A DNA stretch of 43,850 bases, from assembly GCA_025963425.1 (NCBI GenBank), contig JAOPUQ010000009.1, forward strand, positions 1 to 43,850, given 5' to 3'. Each line of letters starts with the position of its first letter. Position 1 is the first letter of the stretch. The notes under the pieces are model-generated. The model ran no database searches. It saw nothing but the letters and a program-made list of their open reading frames with translations, and was not told where the DNA came from. Below, one piece after another: positions 26,505-34,728 of the stretch. Origin of the DNA: Modestobacter sp. (GTDB taxonomy: Bacteria > Actinomycetota > Actinomycetes > Mycobacteriales > Geodermatophilaceae). The position numbers were made by a program, and so were the translations under genes.

Positions 26505-27365
26505 ATGACCTCGATCGCGCCGCGGGCCGGTGCGAGCCAGCCTCCTCGGTCCGTCGCCCCGCGGAAGGGCAACCGACTTCTGGGGCTGCTCCGCGCGACC
26601 GATCACCGGACGATCGCCCGCCGCGCCCGGTTGGCGGCGTTCGTCCCGCTCATCGACGGTTCCCGGCGGGAGATCCGTCTGCAGCCGATCGTGGACCTGG
26701 CGACCACGGCCACGGTCGGCTACGAGGCGCTGTCCCGCTTCACCGACGTCACCGGCGTCGCCCGGTGTCCTGAGGATGTCTTTGCGCAAGCCACCGAGCT
26801 GGGCCTCGGTGTGCGACTGGAACAAGCCGCCGCCGCCGCTGCGCTCGCGGTGCTCCCCGACCTGCCCCCGGGCTCCTACCTGTCGGTCAACTTCTCCCCA
26901 CGCGCCCTGCTCGAGCCGGGCACCGCCGATCTGCTCCTCAGCGGACCGACCGGACAGCTCACCGACCGGATCGTCGTCGAGGTCACCGAACACGAGGAGG
27001 TCCGCGACTACGCCACGCTGCTGGCTGTGCTGAACCGGCTGCGCGGCCACGGCATCCGGCTGGCCATCGACGACACCGGCGCAGGGTTCGCCAGCCTGCA
27101 GCACGTCACCCGCCTGGCACCGGACATCATCAAGCTCGACAGCGCCTTCGTCCGCGACATCGACCGGGACCTCGGCCGCCGCGCCGTCGCCCGGGCCCTG
27201 ATCGGCTGCGCCACCGAGACCGGCGCCGTCCTGGTAGCCGAGGGCATCGAAACCTCAGCCGAAGCCGATCAGCTGCGCGCCCTCGGCGCCCAGCTCGGTC
27301 AGGGCTACCACCTCGGCCGCCCCCGGCCGCCCGCCGCCCTGATGAGCCTGTCCCTGACCCGATGA
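26505..27365 (+). CDS. EAL-domain c-di-GMP phosphodiesterase
   Basis: QPIV, YEALSRF, SVNFS, VEVTE, AIDDTGAGFASL, IKLD, AEGIET, GQGY are all present. GAGG RBS before ATG 26505. Confidence 0.92.
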   Translation: MTSIAPRAGASQPPRSVAPRKGNRLLGLLRATDHRTIARRARLAAFVPLIDGSRREIRLQPIVDLATTATVGYEALSRFTDVTGVARCPEDVFAQATELGLGVRLEQAAAAAALAVLPDLPPGSYLSVNFSPRALLEPGTADLLLSGPTGQLTDRIVVEVTEHEEVRDYATLLAVLNRLRGHGIRLAIDDTGAGFASLQHVTRLAPDIIKLDSAFVRDIDRDLGRRAVARALIGCATETGAVLVAEGIETSAEADQLRALGAQLGQGYHLGRPRPPAALMSLSLTR

Positions 27366-27846
27366 CCCCGCACGTCCACCTCGCCGGGCACCCACCGTCG
27401 CCCCAGCACCCTCCTGACGCCCGCGATGAACCGCAGCCGGTGTGCGTTCCGGGCGCCCGCATCGCCGAACGCCGAGATGGCCGATCTCCTGGCGCGACCG
27501 TCCAGGAACACCGAGGAAGTCCTCGATGACCTGGTGGAGACGCACGAGGCGGTGTTCGGGCCGCGTGCACGTGGATGAACCGGAGGCGGCTCGGTGGGCG
27601 ACGCCGTCCTCCAGATGCCGGGCTCCGACGTGCTGCCGTTCGCGAAATGGTTGGTGTCGAGCGCGCGGAATCCGACCTCGTGGCAGGAGAACCTGGCTCG
27701 CCGTTCACCACGACCCGCTCACGGCATGAGGCGCGCCGCCGCCCCGGTGTGGGCGACGGTGCGGCACGCCGCGTGCCCACCTCGCCGCAGCCGCGGGACA
27801 GGGCGCGGAGCCGACAGCCATCGAGGCCCGCCGGATCTACTCGGGC

Positions 27847-28620
27847 TCAACACACGGGGTGGTCATCCGCCGTCAGGGCAGATCCGTCGCGGGAAGGCGT
27901 GCGGACCAGTCCCGACCCGTCGCCGACATCCGTGTATGCCTTGGCATTGGCCACGGAAGTCACGGTGAACGGCTTGCCGCGGTTGTCGATCCGCAGTACG
28001 TCACTTCGTTCGGCTGAGTTGTAATCGACCTCGAGGACCCAGTTCACCTCGTCGTGCGAGGTGAACACGTCCACGTCGAAGACCTCCTCCTCCGATGCGG
28101 TGACGGTGAACGCCGGCCTTTCCACCTCCTCTCCGTTCACGTACCAGGTGGAGACCGGTGGGCGATCGTCGAGGTTCACCTCCATGATTCGGGGCTCTGC
28201 CACACCGCCACAACCATCATTGGCGTTGTACCAGCCGGCTCGCGGGCGGGCCCGGTTCAGCACGGCTACTCGGACATCATCGATGTGAACCGCCGAGTCG
28301 CTCTTCCCCCGCAGGACGAGCCGGACGCTCTCTTCGTCGGCGAGAACGCCACCGTTCTCCTGTATCCACGTTTGGGTGTCCCCGCCTGCGTTCTGCACGA
28401 CGGCTGCGAAATCCGCGGGGTCGACCGAGTCGGGAAATACGTAGTTGGGCGTCGCGGTCCGGTCCGTTATCACGTCATAGTCGAGCGGCAGGCGATCGCT
28501 GACCTGCGACCCCAGTCGGTCGAGGACGCCCGGAACGTAGTAGCTACCGATCGCACCGAGCACCCCCAGTGCGCCCAGAGCGGCAAGCAGGCCGGCCAAC
28601 CGTCGGCGGAGTGGATGCAT
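27847..28620 (-). CDS. Membrane-anchored extracytoplasmic hypothetical protein
   Basis: N-terminal basic plus hydrophobic segment (RRRLAGLLAALGALGVLGAIG), then an acidic beta-rich domain (LRGKSDSAVHIDDVRV..GCGG..WVLEVDY..RIDNRGKPF). Alternative start 28704. Confidence 0.8.
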   Translation of the reverse strand: MHPLRRRLAGLLAALGALGVLGAIGSYYVPGVLDRLGSQVSDRLPLDYDVITDRTATPNYVFPDSVDPADFAAVVQNAGGDTQTWIQENGGVLADEESVRLVLRGKSDSAVHIDDVRVAVLNRARPRAGWYNANDGCGGVAEPRIMEVNLDDRPPVSTWYVNGEEVERPAFTVTASEEEVFDVDVFTSHDEVNWVLEVDYNSAERSDVLRIDNRGKPFTVTSVANAKAYTDVGDGSGLVRTPSRDGSALTADDHPVC

Positions 28621-28971
28621 CCGCCGGTTCTCCGGAGCTGACTCGCGAGGCCCTCGAGGTTGTGGCCGGCCCTCGGCTCCGCCATCTCCCGGCAGAGATG
28701 CCACCGGAGACCTCCCTGGCGATCAGCGCTCTCCGCCCACCACGTGCCTGACTCCCATGAGAAGGGAGCGGTTCCCGGTCCGTCAGGACGAGTCCCGGAT
28801 CCCGCCCTCAGGCGCCCCCGCCCGATCGTCACGTGGATGGAGCGCGGGAACGAGCTCTTCGCGCACACGGACCTGAGGTCGCGCAGCATAGGAGCGTCTC
28901 CGTCACGGGCTCGTCACCGCGACGTCAGCCCCCCCGGTCCGGGAGCCCTGCCGGAATGCCGTGCGCACCGC

Positions 28972-29082
28972 TTACGCCTCTTCCCCGAGCGAGGTGACGG
29001 CCGCTCGTCGTGTCCAGCGCAGGACGACCACGGAGGCAACGACGAAGCTCCCCACCACCGCCGCCGCGAGCAGGAGAACCAT
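28972..29082 (-). CDS. Possible small single-TM peptide (36 aa) or gene remnant
   Basis: MVLLLAAAVVGSFVVASVVVLRWTRRAAVTSLGEEA; no clear RBS. Confidence 0.25.
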   Translation of the reverse strand: MVLLLAAAVVGSFVVASVVVLRWTRRAAVTSLGEEA

Positions 29083-29111
29083 CAGCTGGGGCAGCCCACC
29101 CGGTCAGCTGT

Positions 29112-29143
29112 TCAGGTCTGGCACAGGTTCCCCCGCTTACCGT
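29112..29143 (+). promoter_or_regulatory. TCAG-N7-ACAG box and -10 TACCGT of a probable leaderless dedA promoter
   Basis: Box at 29112-29126; TACCGT at 29138-29143, 7 nt before GTG 29151. Confidence 0.5.
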
Positions 29144-29150
29144 GCCGGAC

Positions 29151-29762
29151 GTGAGTGCCCTCCTGGACCCGACCCAGCTGATCAACACGTTCGGACTGAT
29201 CGGCATCATGGCGATCCTGTTCGCCGAGTGCGGCCTGCTGGTGGGCGTCTTCCTGCCGGGTGACTCCCTGCTGTTCACCGCTGGGCTCCTGGCGGCCGGC
29301 GGGCTGGTCGCCCCGCTGTGGGTGTTGCTGCTGCTCCTCCCGGTCGCCGCGATCGCGGGCAACCTGGTGGGTTGGTGGATCGGCCGGAAGGCCGGCCCCG
29401 CGGTGTTCGAGCGCCCCGACTCGCGGCTGTTGAAGGCGCAGTACGTGCAGCGCGCTGAGTCCTTCTTCGAGCGCAACGGGGCCCGCACGGTCCTGCTCGC
29501 GCGCTTCGTGCCCGTCGTCCGGACGTTCAGCAGCGTCATGGCCGGGGCCGCGAGGATGGACTTCCGTCGCTTCGCCCTCTACTCCGTCATCGGCGGCGTC
29601 CTGTGGGCCGCGGGAGTCACGCTGCTCGGCTACTGGCTCGGGCAGGTGGCGGTCGTTCACGACCACGTCGAGCTGTTCATCCTCGGAGTCGTGGTCCTCT
29701 CCCTGGTGCCCATCGCGATCGAGGTCGTCCGCAATCGCCGCCGGAGCCCTCGGACGGCGTGA
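29151..29762 (+). CDS. dedA: DedA family membrane protein
   Basis: FAECGLLVGVFLPGDSLLFTAG, AESFFERNG..TVLLARFVPVVRTF, AG...M..RRF..Y. Confidence 0.95.
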   Translation: MSALLDPTQLINTFGLIGIMAILFAECGLLVGVFLPGDSLLFTAGLLAAGGLVAPLWVLLLLLPVAAIAGNLVGWWIGRKAGPAVFERPDSRLLKAQYVQRAESFFERNGARTVLLARFVPVVRTFSSVMAGAARMDFRRFALYSVIGGVLWAAGVTLLGYWLGQVAVVHDHVELFILGVVVLSLVPIAIEVVRNRRRSPRTA

Positions 29763-29881
29763 GCCACGGAGTTCACCCTCGCCTCACCTCGGCGGCCCAT
29801 CGGCTCGCCCGCCGCTGAGCGTGATGCAGCCGGCGACCACGGCGGTGGCCGACCTTGCCGGCGTGCCGCGGCGGCGGCCGG

Positions 29882-30568
29882 TCACGCGAAGCGGTATCCG
29901 ACGCCGTGAACGGTGCTGATGGCGCCTTCCGGCTCCACCGCGGACAGTTTGCGACGCAACCGTGCGATGTACTGGTCCAGCGTGTTGTCGTGCACGACTG
30001 CCCCGTCGGGCCAGCCCGCGCGGATGAGCTCCCTCCTCCGGACGACGCTCCCGGCTCCGGCCATCAGGATCGCGAACAAGCGGAACTCCGTGGGGGTCAG
30101 GAGCTGGTGCCCTCCCCGACCGGTGACCGCGTGGCGGCTGGGATCGAGTGCGAGCTCCGTGGTGTCGACCACGGGTCGGGAAACCGACCGCTTGATCATC
30201 GCCTGGAGCCGGGCGAGCAGCTCACTGACGTGGAAGGGCTTGGTGAGGTGGTCGTCGCCGCCGGCGGCGAAGCCGGCGAGGACGTCATGCAACTGATCAC
30301 GCGCGGTCAGGAACAGCACGGGCACCTCGATGCCGCGCGAGCGCACCACCTGGCAGACGTCGCGGCCGTCGGAGTCCGGCAGCCCGATGTCCAGGACGAC
30401 GGCGGCGAACCGTGTCCTCGGCCCCCCGCCGAGGGTCTGCAGTGCAGCAGTGCCGTCGGATGCAGTGGTCACGCTCAGTCCGTGCTCTCGCAGCCCGCGG
30501 GCGACCAGCCCGCGCAGCGCGCTGTCGTCCTCGACGACGAGCACCTCGGATCCAGTCACGTCGAGCAT
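29882..30568 (-). CDS. OmpR/PhoB-family response regulator
   Basis: VLVVEDD, VVLDIGLPD, LFLTA, KPF...ELLARL, LTPTEF, NTLDQYIARLRRKL, TVHGVGY. Start uncertain (30568 or 30559). Confidence 0.93.
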   Translation of the reverse strand: MLDVTGSEVLVVEDDSALRGLVARGLREHGLSVTTASDGTAALQTLGGGPRTRFAAVVLDIGLPDSDGRDVCQVVRSRGIEVPVLFLTARDQLHDVLAGFAAGGDDHLTKPFHVSELLARLQAMIKRSVSRPVVDTTELALDPSRHAVTGRGGHQLLTPTEFRLFAILMAGAGSVVRRRELIRAGWPDGAVVHDNTLDQYIARLRRKLSAVEPEGAISTVHGVGYRFA

Positions 30569-30602
30569 CGTGCCCGCCGCGGGCAACTACGGCGAACCAC
30601 GT

Positions 30603-30617
30603 TCAGGTCGTGTACAG
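30603..30617 (+). promoter_or_regulatory. TCAG-N7-ACAG box between the divergent response regulator genes
   Basis: GTTCAGGTCGTGTACAGGTG (30601-30620) matches the dedA upstream site (29110-29129) at 16 of 20 positions. Confidence 0.5.
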
Positions 30618-30706
30618 GTGGCGCGGCGCCGTGGAAGGACGGCACACGGCTGGCTGAGGATGCTCCCAGCCACGCGAGGTGACCATGTCCCCATGGAGGA
30701 CGCCTC

Positions 30707-30874
30707 GTGAAGGTCCTGGTCGTCGACGACGAGGTCCGGCTCGCACAGTCGGTGGCCCGGGGGCTGCGCGCCGAGGGCTTCATCGTGGACCTGGCGCACG
30801 ACGGGCTCAGCGGCCGGGACGCGGCCACGTCAGGCGCCTACGACGCCGTCGTCCTGGACATCAGGCGGTCGTGA
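30707..30874 (+). pseudogene. Truncated response regulator (first half of the receiver domain)
   Basis: GGAGG RBS; MKVLVVDDEVRLAQSVARGLRAEGFIVDLAHDG...YDAVVLDI then RRS*. Not in the supplied ORF list. Confidence 0.88.
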
Positions 30875-30875
30875 C

Positions 30876-31360
30876 GGTGAGGCCGCGAGTCGTTGGACCA
30901 GCGCCTGCGTGCTCTCCGCGACTGCCAGGGACTGCACGGCGATGACCCGATCAGCTCCGGTGGACGGGGGGACGCCGAGCGCGACCAGCCGATAGCTGTC
31001 CCCGTTCTCACCCAGCAGGCGGCCGTCGACGGTGGCCGTGTCCGTAGCTCCCGGACGCGGCCGGACGTCGGACAGCCGGGGCACTCCGGTCAGGTCCGGG
31101 CTCGCGGCGATGACGCGGTCCCCCGCCGCCACCTGCACCTTCATCCCGTCCGAGGAGCCACCGAGCTGCAGGGCACCGACGCCGCCGGCCAGGTCGGCCG
31201 CGACCTCCTGGGCCCGGTCTGTACCGCCGTGGTCACCGTCTCCTGGACCGTGCGCCCCACCAGGGAGACGAGTACAGCGCTCGCGAGCAGCAACGCGATC
31301 GTGACGACCAGCACGGCTGCAGCGGTCGCCCGCACCCGCACGCCGACGCGGGACCGACTG
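30876..31360 (-). pseudogene. Sensor histidine kinase N-terminal fragment (TM1 plus sensor domain), frameshifted
   Basis: GVRVRATAAAVLVVTIALLLASAVLV, then after a frameshift near 31216 RAQEVAADL..VQV...VIAAS...YRLVA...VIAVQSL. It ends before TM2/HAMP/HisKA. Confidence 0.7.
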
Positions 31361-31474
31361 GGGCGGGCCGCAGTCCGTGGCCGTCCGCCCACCCTCCGGC
31401 CGAAGCACTCACCGGCGCAGCGTAGAGGCGCCTTCCGGCTGCAGAGGCCGCAGCTGTGGGACTTCTCAGTCACC

Positions 31475-31489
31475 TCAGCGTCGTCACAG
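31475..31489 (+). promoter_or_regulatory. TCAG-N7-ACAG box upstream of the PepSY gene
   Basis: TCAGCGTCGTCACAG, followed 11 nt later by a -10-like CAGAGT, the same spacing as at dedA. Confidence 0.4.
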
Positions 31490-31555
31490 CACGACCGACG
31501 CAGAGTGAGGCGACACCGAGCAGCCACCCAGGCGCTCGCATCGATGGAGGATGAG

Positions 31556-32080
31556 ATGAACCTGCGTCTGACCAAGACCAAGCTGGCCGCCACCGGCGCC
31601 CTCGCCGCACTCGTGATCGGTGGCGGTGCGTCGATCGCCGCCGCAGCCGGCAACACCCCCACCCCGTCCACCAGCGTGACGGCGGCCGACCAGCAGGAGA
31701 CCGACGGCGAGCAGGCCGACGGCGCTGACGGCGGCCCGGGCAGCGAGCGGGAGGCCGCTGACCCGTCGTTCACCGGATCGGTGGCAGCCCCGGCCGCCAC
31801 CGAGCAGGCCGACGGCCAGGAGACCTTCGGCGGCGCCGGCCAGGAGCAGGCCGCCCTGCAGGCGCTGGCCACCGTCTCCCAGTCACAGGCGGAGCAGGCG
31901 GCGCTGGCCGCCGTGCCCGGCACGGTGGCCGAGACCGACCTCGATGCCGAGAACGGCTTCGTCGTCTACACCGTCGAGGTGGATGCGGCCGACGGCACGG
32001 TCACCAAGATCACCGTGGATGCCGGGAACGCCTCGGTCCTGGCCCGGCAGGCCCAGGACGCGAGCGACGCGCAGGACTGA
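31556..32080 (+). CDS. Secreted PepSY-domain protein
   Basis: GGAGG RBS; signal peptide (KTKLAATGALAALVIGGGASIAAA); QAEQAALAAVPGTV.ETDLD.ENG.VVY.VEV...DG....ITVDAGN..VL. Confidence 0.88.
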   Translation: MNLRLTKTKLAATGALAALVIGGGASIAAAAGNTPTPSTSVTAADQQETDGEQADGADGGPGSEREAADPSFTGSVAAPAATEQADGQETFGGAGQEQAALQALATVSQSQAEQAALAAVPGTVAETDLDAENGFVVYTVEVDAADGTVTKITVDAGNASVLARQAQDASDAQD

Positions 32081-32101
32081 CCCGTCGCGCTTTCCGCCGT
32101 A

Positions 32102-32121
32102 TCGGCACCCACTGGTGCCGA
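32102..32121 (+). terminator. Putative terminator hairpin after the PepSY gene
   Basis: TCGGCACC-CACT-GGTGCCGA, 8-bp stem, no U-tract. Confidence 0.4.
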
Positions 32122-32373
32122 CCAAGGTGCCAGGAGCAGTCTCGGGCGATGCCCAGCCTCACGCGCCATGCTGGATCGGTGACGCCCACGTCCCCGGCCG
32201 GCAGCCACCGACCCACCGTCCGTGCTGTCCGGGCGCGCATGCTGCACCGAGCGCACCACAGTGGTCACGCGGCCGACGAGCCGGTCGCCCGACGGGGGGA
32301 CGACGGCGTGGTCGAGGACAGCCGATCGTGTGGCGGCCAACGGCGACACCGACCGCAGACCGGGATGGGGAGC

Positions 32374-33300
32374 ATGCGACGGCAGCAGCGGCGGGGCGGC
32401 CTGCTGGGGGCCACCTGTCTCGCGCTCACACTCGTGGCGGCGTGCACGTCCGGTGGTACAGGCGACGGCGCCGGTGCCGCCGCGACCCGGCAGTCCCCCA
32501 CGACCGGCGCCACCGCCACCGCCACGTCCGGAACCGCCGCCGGCGAGCTTCCGCGTCCGGACCACGTGATGGTCGTGGTCTTCGAGAACGAGGACGCCGC
32601 CGACGTCGTGGACTCCGCCGAGGCCCCATATCTCACCTCGCTGTCGACGTCGGGCGCCGCCTTCACCGACGCCCACGGCGAGACCCATCCCAGTCAGCCG
32701 AACTACCTGGCGCTGTTCTCGGGTTCCACGCAGGGAGTCACCGACGACAGGTGCCCGCAGAAGCTCACCGGCGACAATCTGGCCAGCCAGCTCCTGGCCA
32801 CCGGACAGACGTTCGTCGGCTACAGCGAGGATCTGCCGCGCGCCGGGTACACCGGCTGCAGCGCGGGTGACTACAGGCGCAAGCACAACCCGTGGGTCAA
32901 CTTCACCGGCCTGCCCGCCTCGGTGAACCAGCCGTTCAGCGCGCTGCCGACGGACTACGCGCAGCTGCCGACGGTCTCCTTCGTCGTCCCGAACATGTGC
33001 CACGACATGCACGACTGCGACGTCGCCACCGGAGACACGTGGGCCAAGAACCACCTCGACCGTTACGTCACCTGGGCGAAGGACCACAACAGCCTGTTGA
33101 TCGTCACCTTCGACGAGGACAGCGGCACCGCTGACAACCACATCGCGACCATCGTCGTCGGAGCACCCGTCCGCGCCACGACGAGCACGCAACGGATCAA
33201 CCACTACGACGTACTGCGCACCCTGGAGGACATGTACGGACTCGAACCGCTCGGTCATGCCGCCGACGCCCACCCCATCACCGGCGTGTGGCTGCCCTGA
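32374..33300 (+). CDS. Phosphoesterase / acid phosphatase lipoprotein (SapM-like)
   Basis: Lipobox LVAAC; PDHVMVVVFEN, THPSQPNYLALFSG, YRRKHNPW, PNMCHDMHD, VTFDE, HYDVLRTLED. Confidence 0.92.
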   Translation: MRRQQRRGGLLGATCLALTLVAACTSGGTGDGAGAAATRQSPTTGATATATSGTAAGELPRPDHVMVVVFENEDAADVVDSAEAPYLTSLSTSGAAFTDAHGETHPSQPNYLALFSGSTQGVTDDRCPQKLTGDNLASQLLATGQTFVGYSEDLPRAGYTGCSAGDYRRKHNPWVNFTGLPASVNQPFSALPTDYAQLPTVSFVVPNMCHDMHDCDVATGDTWAKNHLDRYVTWAKDHNSLLIVTFDEDSGTADNHIATIVVGAPVRATTSTQRINHYDVLRTLEDMYGLEPLGHAADAHPITGVWLP

Positions 33301-33367
33301 GGGGAACCCCGGCGTGCGCCACGTCCGGAGGTGTTCAGCCGCCGCGGGTCAGGTCGGCCGTGCTGTC

Positions 33368-33586
33368 CTACCCCTCGTCATCGGGTGGGGCGCCCTCGGT
33401 GGTGTCCATCGGTTCGTCGCCGCTCTCGGCCGCCCGGGAGGCCGCGTCATCGGTGAATTCCCGGGGCGAGCGCGGCGTCGGAGGACCGGCCTCATCGCCT
33501 GATTGTCGCCGGCGAATCCTTGCCATCTCCTCCCGCAATCGCTGGGCGCGTGCCCGGCGCTCGTCGGCCTCCTCGGCATCGGGCAT
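33368..33586 (-). CDS. Small charged hypothetical protein (72 aa)
   Basis: ATG 2 nt after the upstream gene's TAG, with a GGAGG RBS inside that gene; charged helix RARAQRLREEMARIR, then SPREFTD. Confidence 0.65.
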   Translation of the reverse strand: MPDAEEADERRARAQRLREEMARIRRRQSGDEAGPPTPRSPREFTDDAASRAAESGDEPMDTTEGAPPDDEG

Positions 33587-33588
33587 TT

Positions 33589-34443
33589 CTACCCCTCCGG
33601 CGTGCTCCCTGTGGCCGACGCTTCCACGAGACCCGCGAGTTGGGCGCGTAGGCTCTCCGCCCGCGACTGAGCGGCAGTCTGGGATTCAGCTGTAGCCATG
33701 AGGGCTGAGGCCAACGACTCCACGTCATGGGACAACGTCGACAGGCGTCTCGTCTCGGGGGTCAATGCATCGATCATGGACCTCAGGCTGCCCGTGCCAC
33801 GACTCTGCCGACCCAGGTCGTTGAAACGTGGCTCAGCTCCGAAATAGGTCAATTGCCACCAGCGGTCATTCCTCGGATCATGCCAACTGAGGTATCCACC
33901 GGGCAGCACCTGCCGGGGCTCCTTGATGGCACCCGTGTAGGAATAGGCCGCACCCTCACGCTTGACCGGATCGAAGTAGCGTGGCGTGTAGAAATCTGAC
34001 ACGAGCACGCCGTTGACCTGGTAGGCGAAGCGATCGTCCTCCGGCGGGTCGCAGACCTCCACGAGGATCTCGACCCTGCCCTGACCGGGCTTGGGTGACG
34101 GACTCGCGACGAGTCGGTTCCCGAATGGATCGGCGAGCATCTCCAGTGCCTCATGACTGGCCGTCAACGACCAACTGTTCCCCGCCTCGACCAATGCGAA
34201 GGGCTGGCCGTTGTTGTCGAGGTGGACCCCTGCGGCGTCCTGCACGTCCCGGACGATCATGATCGGCCAGTAACCGAGTGGCACGTCCTCGAGCCGGGCG
34301 AATCCGTCCACGGTCGCGGGGATCTGCCAGACGGGACTGAAGTCACGGGTCACCTGCTTCTGCAGGGCCGCGGCGACCCGGACGACTTCGCCTGTGTCGA
34401 CGTCCACGTCTTCAGGAACCAGTGCAACCTGTCGGGTCAACAT
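33589..34443 (-). CDS. Hypothetical protein with a HExxE..DP / EVCDP putative metal-binding motif
   Basis: GVHLD, TASHEALEMLADP, LVEVCDP, VNGVLVSDFYTP. ATG 34443. Confidence 0.8.
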   Translation of the reverse strand: MLTRQVALVPEDVDVDTGEVVRVAAALQKQVTRDFSPVWQIPATVDGFARLEDVPLGYWPIMIVRDVQDAAGVHLDNNGQPFALVEAGNSWSLTASHEALEMLADPFGNRLVASPSPKPGQGRVEILVEVCDPPEDDRFAYQVNGVLVSDFYTPRYFDPVKREGAAYSYTGAIKEPRQVLPGGYLSWHDPRNDRWWQLTYFGAEPRFNDLGRQSRGTGSLRSMIDALTPETRRLSTLSHDVESLASALMATAESQTAAQSRAESLRAQLAGLVEASATGSTPEG

Positions 34444-34728
34444 CAACCTGCCCCTTTCCCGATGCGGCACGTCTCGATTCCCGCGCCCTGCCCTGCGTAC
34501 CCGGTCGATGAACCGTCCGGACGGTGCGGCGATCTGCACCCGGAGCCAGAGGAACGAGATCGGGAGCCCCGAATGTCGGCACGGGAATCTCCGTCTTCGT
34601 CCGACACCTCCGACCGAGCAGTTCGGCCAGGGCCGAGCATCGCGAAAGGGTGTCACGGGCGCGTCACCTGGCGTGTGTCCCCGGCGGGGAGCCTGGGCCA
34701 CCGTCGACCGACCATCGCCGAGAAGCTG

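Noticed and set aside
27427-27600. Possible NB-ARC/AfsR-type regulator remnant (ADLLARPSRNTEEVLDDLVETH)
   Set aside because: Too short and degenerate to call without a search.
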